DNA from: a virus
Lineage: Duplodnaviria; Caudoviricetes
Reading direction: 5' to 3' (one strand)
Virus record (IMG/VR): IMGVR_UViG_3300005529_000035
Span: 1-63,576 of that record
DNA: 63,576 bases
The position numbers and the translations under genes were made by a program. Positions 46,926 to 55,555 of the stretch are shown one piece after another (the stretch's first letter is position 1; each line of letters begins with the position of its first letter). The notes under the pieces were generated by a model that was given only the letters and a program-made list of their open reading frames with translations, had not been told where the DNA came from and searched no databases.

Positions 46926-47156
46926 ATGACCTGGCCCCCGCGGATGCCCGAGGATGCGGTGCGCGCTCACATCGCAACCGACCCCGAAGCCCTCAGGCTC
47001 ATCAAGACCAAGCCGTACGTCATCCTGCAGCCTGCCGTGCTCACGGGCCATACGCTCGGCTCGATCAGGATCAGCAAGCGGGGCCTGATCCTGGCGAGGC
47101 AACTGCGGGACGGACAGGACGTGGGAGAGTGCGTGCTCGCTGACCCGCAGGAGTAG
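46926..47156 (+). CDS. Hypothetical protein (leaderless)
   Basis: TAGCCT box 7 nt upstream of the ATG. Confidence 0.6.
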   Translation: MTWPPRMPEDAVRAHIATDPEALRLIKTKPYVILQPAVLTGHTLGSIRISKRGLILARQLRDGQDVGECVLADPQE

Positions 47157-47165
47157 CCTGCGGCC

Positions 47166-47423
47166 ATGCGCGCTGAGTACGACGCCGATGCTGACGCCCT
47201 TTACCTGTATCTCACGGACGCCGAGGTGGCCCGGACGGTTGAGGTCGGCGCCAGCACGATGGTGGACCTGGACGCCAGCGGCAGCGTCGTCGGCATCGAG
47301 GTGCTCGACCCGGACCGGCTGTGGCCGCTGCCGGAGATCCTGAAGCGGTGGGAGATCGCACCGGACGATGCGCTGATGCTCATGACGTACTGCCCGTTCC
47401 GGTGCTCGGTGACCGTGGGCTAG
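47166..47423 (+). CDS. DUF2283 domain protein
   Basis: MRAEYDADADALYLYL...VDLDASGSVVGIEVL. Confidence 0.85.
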   Translation: MRAEYDADADALYLYLTDAEVARTVEVGASTMVDLDASGSVVGIEVLDPDRLWPLPEILKRWEIAPDDALMLMTYCPFRCSVTVG

Positions 47424-47563
47424 ACGCCCCCCGCGTAGGATCACCTCGGCGGGGTCACCCCCTGGACCGGGACTGCAGAAGGCTTCGATCACCTGGGGGT
47501 GGTCCCGCTGCCTGGTGCCCGGGGCGTCTGGTGGTGGGCGGTGCTGGTGATCAGGGCGCTGAT

Positions 47564-47854
47564 CTAGGCCCTGGGCAGCGAGGCAGGATGCGGCACGTAC
47601 CCGAGATGCGCCTGGCACTGGCAGCCGTCTACCGGGCCCCATGACGGGCACAGGTCGTCGTAGCCGGCGTGGTGGCCGCAGGGGAAGTTCGTCGGCCGGC
47701 TGAAGTCGGGCCACTCCTCCCGGTCGCACCCGCAGTCCGATGCGTGGAGGCGCTCAGCTCGCTTACCGCACTCGGCGCAGGCCAGGAACGGGTTCGCTGG
47801 CGTGATCGTCAGGTGAGTACGCGTGTGGGTGTGCGTCAGGGTGGTCACGGCCAT
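47564..47854 (-). CDS. Cys-rich hypothetical protein (leaderless)
   Basis: TAGAAT 6 nt before the ATG; NxPCGH...CPSWGPVDGCxC. Confidence 0.65.
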   Translation of the reverse strand: MAVTTLTHTHTRTHLTITPANPFLACAECGKRAERLHASDCGCDREEWPDFSRPTNFPCGHHAGYDDLCPSWGPVDGCQCQAHLGYVPHPASLPRA

Positions 47855-48123
47855 GGGCCAATTCTACCGTCACGGGCAGTAGCGGGAGCGGTGCGCACGG
47901 TATTATGTTCGATGGCGCCTAAAATGGCGCCGCTGGCTCGGTGCGGTGAACACCGGCCAGCGACTTGACCGCACCGATCACGGCTAAGGATCACGGTGAA
48001 GCCCAGTGGCAACGATACCCATTAAGCCCCCAGATGCGGGCTTGCACTCCCCGATACATCATCCTTACGCCTCGTAGCCGGCGATGCACGAAGCGCCGTG
48101 CGGTCTCACCAAGATCGCCTGCT

Positions 48124-48393
48124 TCACCGGTCACGTCCTGCCGAAGGCGGCGTGACTGCCAGACCCTCCGACCACCACAGGCGCAGGCGGTGGAAGCGCT
48201 GCTGGCGGGTGGGGGCGGCGTACAGGATCTCAGTGACGACGGCGGGCTGCGGGGTCACCGTCATGGTCCCGAGCGCGGTCCCGCAGGCCGGGCAGACCGT
48301 GGGGACCGTGACTGGCCGGTCGTGGCCGGGCTCCAGTGGTACGGAGAACGTCAGCGAGCCGCCTGAGCGGTGGTCGCAGTCCTGGTCGCTCAC
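48124..48393 (-). CDS. Small CxxC protein (leaderless)
   Basis: TAGAAT 6 nt before the GTG; CPACG. Confidence 0.55.
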   Translation of the reverse strand: MSDQDCDHRSGGSLTFSVPLEPGHDRPVTVPTVCPACGTALGTMTVTPQPAVVTEILYAAPTRQQRFHRLRLWWSEGLAVTPPSAGRDR

Positions 48394-48542
48394 CAGCCAA
48401 TTCTACTGTGACGCGCAGTTACCGGAGCGCTCCAGGCGGTATTGTGTTCGACAGATAAATGAATGCGCCCCCAGCAGTGGCCTTGAACCCACCGCTGAGG
48501 GCTAGCCACACCGGCCACTGCTTAGGAAGACGGTGCAGCCTC

Positions 48543-49085
48543 ATGGAGAGCGTACCCACCGATACGCCGACCGCTCTTTACCACCTCTACGGATCTGCCG
48601 ACCTCGTGCTCTATATCGGGGTGTCGGCCGAGCCCGAAGCGAGACTTCGGCAGCACGAATCCGACAAGCCTTGGTGGCCCGAGGTGATCCGCCACTCAAT
48701 CGAGTGGCACCCCAGCAGGGCGGCTGCGCTCACCGCAGAGGCTTCTGCGATCCACATTGAGCGACCCCTCTACAACCTGAACGGCGTGACGCCGCGGCTA
48801 CGGAGCCGCACGGCGGCGCCTGAGGTTCCCGTTTGGCCGGCCAGCGACCTCCACCAGATGGCAGGCCAACTCGGCGAGATCCTGAGCCGCCGCGATCTGT
48901 CCCATGCTCACGCAAGGCTGCGGGCACTGAACCTGCTGCTGCGAGGACGCGACGAACTGCCTCACGGCAACGAACTCGGAGTCCTCGCGGGATGGTGCGG
49001 CACCAGCATGAGGGAGGCGTACAGGGCGCTGGCGCTTGAGCGCGACGGGTGGCCCGATGGGTGGGAAGCCGACCGCGCTGGCTGA
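48543..49085 (+). CDS. GIY-YIG nuclease domain protein
   Basis: TALYHLY...LYIGVS..PEARLRQH..KPWW...AE..AI..ERPLYN. Confidence 0.85.
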   Translation: MESVPTDTPTALYHLYGSADLVLYIGVSAEPEARLRQHESDKPWWPEVIRHSIEWHPSRAAALTAEASAIHIERPLYNLNGVTPRLRSRTAAPEVPVWPASDLHQMAGQLGEILSRRDLSHAHARLRALNLLLRGRDELPHGNELGVLAGWCGTSMREAYRALALERDGWPDGWEADRAG

Positions 49086-49170
49086 CCGTCGTCCATCATG
49101 GCAGTCGGTTATTCGGGCAGGAAACGGACAGGGTGGCATCGCGCAGCCCTGACTCGGAGAGGATGGGGGC

Positions 49171-49383
49171 ATGAACAGCCTCTGCGTATGCGACGCCTAC
49201 GGGATGTGCCCAGCGGGCTGCCCGCACTGTGACGTCTGCTCAGGGACCGCCGTGAGCGATGGCGACAGACCCGTGTTCCACTCTGGCGGTCTGATCACTG
49301 GGTCCGATGGCAGTGACAGCGTGCCGGTGGTGCTCATGCGTGGTGAGCACGTCTATGACGCTGACGGGAAGCGCTTGCTGTAG
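49171..49383 (+). CDS. Small Cys-rich protein with tape-measure-like GG..SDSVP..GE motif
   Basis: FHSGGLITGSDGSDSVPVVLMRGEHV. Confidence 0.5.
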   Translation: MNSLCVCDAYGMCPAGCPHCDVCSGTAVSDGDRPVFHSGGLITGSDGSDSVPVVLMRGEHVYDADGKRLL

Positions 49384-49410
49384 CGCGGGATACAATGTAG
49401 TCTCCGCTAC

Positions 49411-49629
49411 ATGACATTGACACCGCCGCAGCAGGCGTTCGAGTTCGCCCTCCAAAATTGGGCAGCCCAGCGCAAGGCCAACGAGGACACCCGCGACGAT
49501 CTCGTCATCGGCGCCATTGACGCCGGACTGTCCAAGCACCGGGTCCACGTCCTGACAGGCATCGCACGTACGACGATTGACGACATCCTGGGCAGAGCCC
49601 AGACCGGGACCAAGGAGCAGGACCGATGA
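49411..49629 (+). CDS. Small HTH protein
   Basis: AIDAGLSKHRVHVLTGIARTTIDDIL; TAGTCT leaderless promoter. Confidence 0.7.
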   Translation: MTLTPPQQAFEFALQNWAAQRKANEDTRDDLVIGAIDAGLSKHRVHVLTGIARTTIDDILGRAQTGTKEQDR

Positions 49630-49923
49630 GCGAGACCATTGCGACCACGATGGTTGTGACGCTGCGCAGCGGCACGCAGATCCGGATCGGCGTGAAGGAG
49701 TTCACCGTCCAGTCGGCCTCCCTCAGCGCCGAACTGCGCGGGCTGAAGTGGGTGCCGGATGACAACCCGGCCGGGTCGTCGCTGCCGTGGCTTGACCTCA
49801 GTGAGGTTGCCGCAGTCCACGCCGAGCGCACCGGGTCCACGTCCTCACCGGGATAGCCCGTACCACCATTGACGACATCCTGGGCAGAGCCAAGACCGAG
49901 ACCAAGGAGCAAGACCGATGAGC
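49540..49923 (+). repeat. ~90-bp imperfect direct repeat (49540-49631 and 49832-49923)
   Basis: CGGGTCCACGTCCT...ATTGACGACATCCTGGGCAGAGCC...GACCAAGGAGCA.GACCGATGAGC in both copies. Confidence 0.9.
49626..49856 (+). CDS. Hypothetical protein
   Basis: AAGGAG RBS supplied by the repeat. Confidence 0.65.
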   Translation: MSETIATTMVVTLRSGTQIRIGVKEFTVQSASLSAELRGLKWVPDDNPAGSSLPWLDLSEVAAVHAERTGSTSSPG

Positions 49924-50103
49924 ACCACTATTCCCATGACCTCCGACGCAGAACCTCGCGAGAAGGGGGAATGCGATGCCGCGTTCGGGCCGCCCGGCAC
50001 CGTCCAGGCATGGTGCACGCTCCCCGCAGGCCACTCCGGCGACCATGAGGCTTACGGCACTGATGAATCCCGTGGTCCCGTCAAAACCTGGCCGCGCCAG
50101 TGA
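49918..50103 (+). CDS. Small Zn-binding protein
   Basis: C...CTLPAGHSGDH. Confidence 0.6.
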   Translation: MSTTIPMTSDAEPREKGECDAAFGPPGTVQAWCTLPAGHSGDHEAYGTDESRGPVKTWPRQ

Positions 50104-50522
50104 ACGTCACCACCGAGGCAGTCGAGGCTATGCGCGGTGACCCGGAAGCCTGGGGTGAGCCGGTTACCAGCCCCGTGCGCAAACGGAAGTCGGAGCGCCG
50201 GCAGCGCGGCGCGATGGTTAGCGTTCGCTTCACTCCGGATGAACTGGCCGTCGTCCAGCGGCACGCCGCTACGGCTCGCATGCCAGTTTCGGGATACCTG
50301 CGCAATCTTGCATTAGCGGCGCCGCAGGTGCGCGCGTCAAGGTCCGCGCATGAACAGCCACCGATCCCCTTCCGCCCACCCGAGGACGACCGCGAGTGGC
50401 TCCTGGCCCACGCCGAGAAGACCGGCAAGCCAGTGAACGCCATCCTCCGCATTGCCCTCTCCGACTACAGAGCCAAGACCGACCCTGACGACATCCTGAA
50501 GAAGGCGAGTGAGCAGCAATGA
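50100..50522 (+). CDS. Tandem ribbon-helix-helix DNA-binding protein
   Basis: VSVRFTPDEL...VSGYLR and IPFRPPE...VNAILR. Confidence 0.65.
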   Translation: MNVTTEAVEAMRGDPEAWGEPVTSPVRKRKSERRQRGAMVSVRFTPDELAVVQRHAATARMPVSGYLRNLALAAPQVRASRSAHEQPPIPFRPPEDDREWLLAHAEKTGKPVNAILRIALSDYRAKTDPDDILKKASEQQ

Positions 50523-50824
50523 AGATCACCGTTACGACAACACCAGCCGAACTGATAGACCGCGGCTGCTGGGAAGTCGCCTGCGAAATGCTCGGCTTCA
50601 GCCCGTGGATCATCAACGAGGGCCAGATGGGCTCCGACTGCTCCGTGATCCTCTCCGAAGCCCAAGCGTGGAAGCTCGGGCTCGTGCCCTACCGGCCCGG
50701 CCTTGGGGCGGAGCTTGAGGCCAACCACCTCGACGGCGACCCCACGAACAATGACCCCGCCAACCTGGAACTACGGGAACGGGCCCCCTCCGGGTACCCG
50801 GAGACCAAGGAGCAGCAACAATGA
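50519..50824 (+). CDS. Hypothetical protein with C-terminal HNH fragment
   Basis: EANHLDGDPTNNDPANLE. Confidence 0.55.
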   Translation: MKITVTTTPAELIDRGCWEVACEMLGFSPWIINEGQMGSDCSVILSEAQAWKLGLVPYRPGLGAELEANHLDGDPTNNDPANLELRERAPSGYPETKEQQQ

Positions 50825-51231
50825 GCGGCCTGGCTGAGTTCCTGAAGGCACGGCTTAACGAGGACGAGGCGACGGCGCAGGCCAACATTGGCGATGGAGG
50901 ACTAGGCGACGACGACGCCTACGGGCCCGGCTGGCCGGACTACGCAACATACACCGCCGAGGACAGCGCATCGATCGCCAGCGCCGAAGCCTTCCTGGAC
51001 CGCTTCCGGCCACTGCGCCAACTCCGCGAGGTAGCTGCTAAGCGCCACATGCTCAATGACCTGGACCTGTCATATCCAGACGAGGAGTACCTGCTGCGGC
51101 TCCTGGCTTCGGCCTACAGCGACCACCCGGACTATGACCAGGCGTGGGCCCTTCCCCCGTCAAACACTGGGCAGCAGTGGGCTCCCACCGCCCGCGAGCA
51201 GGTAGACCGGGTGCTTCCCCGTTCAGAATGA
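50821..51231 (+). CDS. DUF6221 family protein
   Basis: LAEFLKARLNEDE...LREVAAKR...LRLLASAYSDHPDYDQAW. Confidence 0.8.
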   Translation: MSGLAEFLKARLNEDEATAQANIGDGGLGDDDAYGPGWPDYATYTAEDSASIASAEAFLDRFRPLRQLREVAAKRHMLNDLDLSYPDEEYLLRLLASAYSDHPDYDQAWALPPSNTGQQWAPTAREQVDRVLPRSE

Positions 51232-51350
51232 AACTTGCACCGCCGTATTCAGCGGGTATTGCAAACACAATACCTACCGTCAGGTAATACGCATCGCGCA
51301 TTTCCCGGGTGATACTGCGGATGGCGGCAGTAACCATTCCGGGAGGAAGC

Positions 51351-51596
51351 ATGCGCAAGTTCCTGTACAGCCCTCGCGTCCTGGGCATCACTGCCGCAGT
51401 CGCCGCGATCGTCGGCCTGGTCCACATGCACACCTAGGCTGATGCCGTGAAGAGTTTCTCTAACGGCAACGGCCCCGGCTGCGGCAACTCCCAGGGCGGT
51501 CCCGCATCCGGCCCCTACGTCCTCACGATCGACGGCATCACCCTCAACCAGCTTCCGGACATCTGGGCCGGGGCAACCTCTCGCGGGTCGCTCTAG
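51351..51596 (+). pseudogene. Small secreted-protein ORF interrupted by an in-frame TAG (51435-51437), or a 28-aa peptide
   Basis: GGAGGA RBS; MRKFLYSPRVLGITAAVAAIVGLVHMHT*ADAVKSFSNGNGPGCG... Confidence 0.5.
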
Positions 51597-52071
51597 GCCC
51601 CACTGACCGGCGGCAAAGCGGCGCCCAGGGCAATCGTCTCCACGCCCTGGGCGTCGTCCTGTGCCGGGGGGTTGACAGCGGCCACCAGGGCGTCACGCTG
51701 GGAACAGGTCCCGGGACGCTTTCCGTGGTCGGCTGGGAGCTGGGACTGCGGCGGCCAGGGTTTACCTGCCGGTTTTTCCTGGCCGCCGCTCTAAGCTTGG
51801 CCCATGGCCACTGACCAGCCCGTCCTGTCCGTGCTCCCCGATGGGCGCGGGCTTCCCCTCGGCGCGGTTCTTCCCGGAGTGATCGACCGGGTCCTGCCTC
51901 CAGTGCAGACGGTGCCCGTGGCGGCGTTCAACAGCGCCATATAGGACATGTCTCGCAAGCGCATCGACCCGCCCTTCTGGTGGCGGCCGTGGATCACGCC
52001 CTGGTCCGCGTGGATCGAGTGGCTGTCCCGGCCGAGGCCCGTCATCCCGCCGAAGCGCTAGCCTGAGCGCC

Positions 52072-52308
52072 ATGACCAGCACCGAGGAGAGACTGGGTAG
52101 CGAGAACCGCTACGAGGGCCGCTGGAGCCTGACATCGATAGTCGGCGAGGTGCCCGTGCCAGGTAGCGAGGTAATGGTGCCCGGCGGCAAGCCGATGCCC
52201 TTGCTGGCCCCGCTCTACAGCACGGTCGATATCACCCGATGCCGTTCCTGCGGCTCTATGGTTGCGGTGGGGTCAGAAGATTTGCACGAGAGCTTGCACC
52301 GACCCTGA
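52072..52308 (+). CDS. Small CxxC protein (leaderless)
   Basis: TAGCCT box upstream; CRSCG...H..LH. Confidence 0.55.
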   Translation: MTSTEERLGSENRYEGRWSLTSIVGEVPVPGSEVMVPGGKPMPLLAPLYSTVDITRCRSCGSMVAVGSEDLHESLHRP

Positions 52309-52460
52309 CCCGATAGGCGTAATGGTCTGCCGCAAAACCGGCTCATAGGATTTCAGCCCCGTAGAGTCACGAACCACTTGCACTCCGCAACCTTCCGGCG
52401 TACTTTCCAAAGCGGACGTTTGCTCGCGGCAAAGCCAGCGTCAGGGGAGGGAATGCGGCA

Positions 52461-52703
52461 ATGAATGACTCACTGCCCGGCTTACATGACTCGGTCGACG
52501 ACCTGTGCGACCTGCTCGAAGCCCACGGGGCCCGCTACTCGATCACACCAATATGCGACGGTGAACACGGCTACCGGGTGACAGCTGAACCCAGGCCACC
52601 TGACCCGAGGTTCGTGCCCATCGAGGCGGAATCGGCAAGGGAGATGCGCGTGCTCCTGGACGCACTCACGGAGCAGCGCCCCCGGTTACAGGAGCCGCAG
52701 TGA
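52461..52703 (+). CDS. Hypothetical protein
   Basis: GGGAGG RBS; two TTA codons. Confidence 0.55.
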   Translation: MNDSLPGLHDSVDDLCDLLEAHGARYSITPICDGEHGYRVTAEPRPPDPRFVPIEAESAREMRVLLDALTEQRPRLQEPQ

Positions 52704-52879
52704 GCACGGGCGAGGTCATCATCGTGTCCTGCTTCGGCGCCATGACCGTGTCGGTGCTGATGCTGCGCTGGCAGAACCGCCGCGGCAGGCACGCCTGGGA
52801 CGACCGCAGGGGCCAGGAAGACTTCCCCTGGGACGAGGATCCTGCCATGTGGCCGAGGGTCAGGGCCGGGCCGCATTAG
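52700..52879 (+). CDS. Small single-TM protein (59 aa)
   Basis: Manual translation MSTGEVIIVSCFGAMTVSVLMLRWQNRRGRH...; GTGA overlap. Confidence 0.5.
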   Translation: MSTGEVIIVSCFGAMTVSVLMLRWQNRRGRHAWDDRRGQEDFPWDEDPAMWPRVRAGPH

Positions 52880-53718
52880 AGCCGGGACGCGGTGCCGTGG
52901 CTTGGCCTCTGGCCTCTTCCCGGCTTCGGTGCCGCGTCCTGATGACGGGTGCGGGAAGTGCCGGGCACACCATTGCGGGCACTTCCCGCGCCCCCCAAGC
53001 GCGTGGCGGCAGGGTGACTGCCCTCCCTGTGGGCCCCCCAAGGTCACCCGCCGCCACGTCAGGTGTCCCGGTGGCGGGAGTACGCACCCATGCCAACGCA
53101 ACCGTTGAGCGGGTCGACTGGGAGAACCCGTCACCGGGACCATAGCGCCGCAGCGGCGCGAGGGGAACCGGACCTGGCCGGTCCTGCGTCACGCTCAGGG
53201 GCACACCGGCCACGTACCCCTCGCGCCGCTGCGGTTTTGCCTTACCGGTTTGGCACGCCCCGGCCTGCGGCTTTACCCCCGCCAGCAGGACCGAGAAGTT
53301 TGGGAACCGGTGCCTGGGCTGGGCGATCCGCCGAAAATAGGTAACGTCAAGGGCTTTAGAAAGCAAACGCCAGGGCATGGGCAGGCATAGTGTGTCTCGG
53401 GGCATGGCCCCCGCCCTGGGCTCTTTCCGGCTTGAGCCCGGGGCGGGGCAAGACGCCGTGGCGGCGGGCGGCTGACGGACCGCACTGGGACGCTTCTCTG
53501 GCAGGGAGGCTCTGTGACGGGACGGCCCTGCCCGCCGCCGCGGCCCCTTCCTATCTTCGGTGCGATCTTCCTGCGAGCCTGTCTCAATTCTGGAATGCTT
53601 GCACTGCGTCACCCTCCGCATACGCGGAGTTAGTCTCCCTGCCACGCACCAGCCGCCGCCCGCCGGATTAAGGGCGGCGCTAGGTGTGGCTGGTGTTGAC
53701 TGCGGGGCGGGGGAGACC

Positions 53719-53991
53719 ATGCGGCGATGGTTAGCGCGGCTGCGTACTGGCTGCCAGTGCGATGGCCTTGATGCCCGCGTCGAGCAGCGCGTCAGCGAAG
53801 CACTGGCCGTGGTGAGCGAGCTCCGCGAGCACGTCAAGCGCCTCACCGAGATCCGCGAGCAGGTCGACGCCAACACGGCGACCCTGGACAGCATGCGGCG
53901 CGGCGAGGCCATCATTGACCAGGCCATCAGGGAAAGCCGTGAGTCCCGGCCGTTCCCGCTGCGGGCCGTGCGGAAGGACGAAGCGGTCTAG
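53719..53991 (+). CDS. Coiled-coil hypothetical protein
   Basis: GGGAG RBS; TTA at codon 5. Confidence 0.55.
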   Translation: MRRWLARLRTGCQCDGLDARVEQRVSEALAVVSELREHVKRLTEIREQVDANTATLDSMRRGEAIIDQAIRESRESRPFPLRAVRKDEAV

Positions 53992-54413
53992 CTCGCGTCC
54001 CGCTCGGCGCGCTCAGCCTCACGCTCAAGGGCGAGCCGTTCGCGGCCCTTTTCCAGCAGCCAGCGCTTCAGGGCCGGCGTCAAAAGCGGATCGGGATCCT
54101 CGGCCAGCCGCCGGAAGCCATCCGGGTCGCCGGGCTTCAGCAGGTCTTCCGGCCGCCACGCAGGCGCGGGCGGCGGCCCGTAACCGGCCGCCTCTACCAG
54201 TTCACCAGACCACTCATCCACCTCGGGGCAGTCCGCGCTGAGGCGCACGGCGAGTTGCCTGATGTTCCGGTAAGCGGGCGCGTGCTGGCCGGTTTCCCAG
54301 CGGCTGACCTGGGAGCGGCCGACGCCTGCCATGTGTGCGAGGTCTTCCTGGGACAGGCGTGCTCTGGCGCGGATCTCCCGGAGCAGCCAGCCGAGGCGCT
54401 GTGTGTCGGGCAC
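53988..54413 (-). CDS. CI-like XRE immunity repressor
   Basis: LREIRARARLSQEDLAHMAGVGRSQVSRWETG; leaderless TAGCGT-7nt-GTG; divergent from the Cro-like gene. Confidence 0.75.
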   Translation of the reverse strand: MPDTQRLGWLLREIRARARLSQEDLAHMAGVGRSQVSRWETGQHAPAYRNIRQLAVRLSADCPEVDEWSGELVEAAGYGPPPAPAWRPEDLLKPGDPDGFRRLAEDPDPLLTPALKRWLLEKGRERLALEREAERAERDAS

Positions 54414-54588
54414 GTCACGGACGCTAGCACGAGACAGCACAGAAGCGCACGGAGCCGGCATATGTGCGCCATGCGGCATGTCGTGCGGAAGAGCACGCAA
54501 CGGACAGCACAAGAGGTGGCCAGGAAGTAACCTTACTACGGACGTAAGTACGCTTGCGTCGTGCGGTGCTGTGCGGTAGTGTGCGGTC
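54414..54588. promoter_or_regulatory. Lysis/lysogeny switch region
   Basis: Divergent -10 boxes (TAGCGT, TAGTGT), repeated GACAGCACA, CTTAC-N7-GTAAG palindrome. Confidence 0.6.
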
Positions 54589-54840
54589 ATGATCGTTCAA
54601 GTGGGCACAGTGAGGCTTCGCGTCAGCGAGTTCCTTGCACGTGCGGTCATGGACGGCGCGCGCACAGACACGGCCATCGCTGAGCGAATCGGCGTCACCC
54701 GGCCAACCGTCACCCGCGCGCTAGATGGCGAGCCGATCAGCGGCGGTTTCGTAGCCGCTGTCCTGCTCGCCTTTCCCGACCGCGAGTTCGGGGATCTCTT
54801 TGAGGCGGTCAGGTCCAGCGCAGAAAGTTCGGCGGCATGA
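54589..54840 (+). CDS. Cro-like HTH protein
   Basis: IAERIGVTRPTVTRAL...FGDLFE. Confidence 0.75.
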   Translation: MIVQVGTVRLRVSEFLARAVMDGARTDTAIAERIGVTRPTVTRALDGEPISGGFVAAVLLAFPDREFGDLFEAVRSSAESSAA

Positions 54841-55322
54841 GCGGCGGCGCATCCAACCGGCGACTCCGGATCACGGCCGCAAGGCCCAGGGTCGAGTTCG
54901 GCATGGCTAGGGCTGGCGCAATCGCCCACCGGGTCAAGTCCATGAGCGCGCACTGGGACACGTCCAGGACGAAGGTCACCTACTCCGCGTTCTGGCAGTG
55001 CAACAACCTGGCGAACGACATGATCTTGCTCCCCGGCACCGATGGCCTGGAGGAGTGTCGGACCTGCAAGTACGCCCAGATGCCGGTCGTCTACCACTAC
55101 TTCGACGTTGTCCAGCGCCTCATCTACATCGGCTCTGCGGACAACTACGTCGCCCGGGAAATGACGCACCAGTGCCGCTCGCCGTGGTGGCTGGATGTGG
55201 CCAGCGTGCGGCTGACCCGCTACCCGAGCATCACCCACGCCCGCGTGGCTGAGCGAGTTGCCATCAGGACCGAGAACCCACTTCACAACGTGGTCGGCAA
55301 GGTTGCGGCGGTGGCGGCATGA
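54837..55322 (+). CDS. GIY-YIG nuclease domain protein
   Basis: VVYHYFD...LIYIGS...H...SPWW...AE..AIRTENPLHN. Confidence 0.8.
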   Translation: MSGGASNRRLRITAARPRVEFGMARAGAIAHRVKSMSAHWDTSRTKVTYSAFWQCNNLANDMILLPGTDGLEECRTCKYAQMPVVYHYFDVVQRLIYIGSADNYVAREMTHQCRSPWWLDVASVRLTRYPSITHARVAERVAIRTENPLHNVVGKVAAVAA

Positions 55323-55465
55323 GTGCCCGGCCGACCGACGAGGCCATCCGCAACCTCGCGCCCCTGCGGCGTGACGAAGCCCGGAGGCTCGGCCCGGTGA
55401 TCGCTGCCGCCGTGAACCGGCTGGACAAGCAGAAGGACGGCACCGAGGAGACGACGGCCGCCTGA
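55319..55465 (+). CDS. Hypothetical protein (48 aa)
   Basis: ATGA-coupled; MSARPTDEAIRNLAPLRRDEARRLG... Confidence 0.5.
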   Translation: MSARPTDEAIRNLAPLRRDEARRLGPVIAAAVNRLDKQKDGTEETTAA

Positions 55466-55555
55466 CAAAAATCGGGCCCCCCGCCCTGCACGGCGAGGGG
55501 CACCCGGACACCGATGAGTCCGGGACCAGAGTACACGAAAGGGACACCGAGAGTC

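Noticed and set aside
46926-47423. DUF2283 toxin-antitoxin pair
   Set aside because: The upstream ORF shows no recognisable RNase toxin motif and each gene has its own promoter box
51435-51437. Genome-wide TAG recoding
   Set aside because: Many well-supported genes end normally at TAG; this is an isolated case
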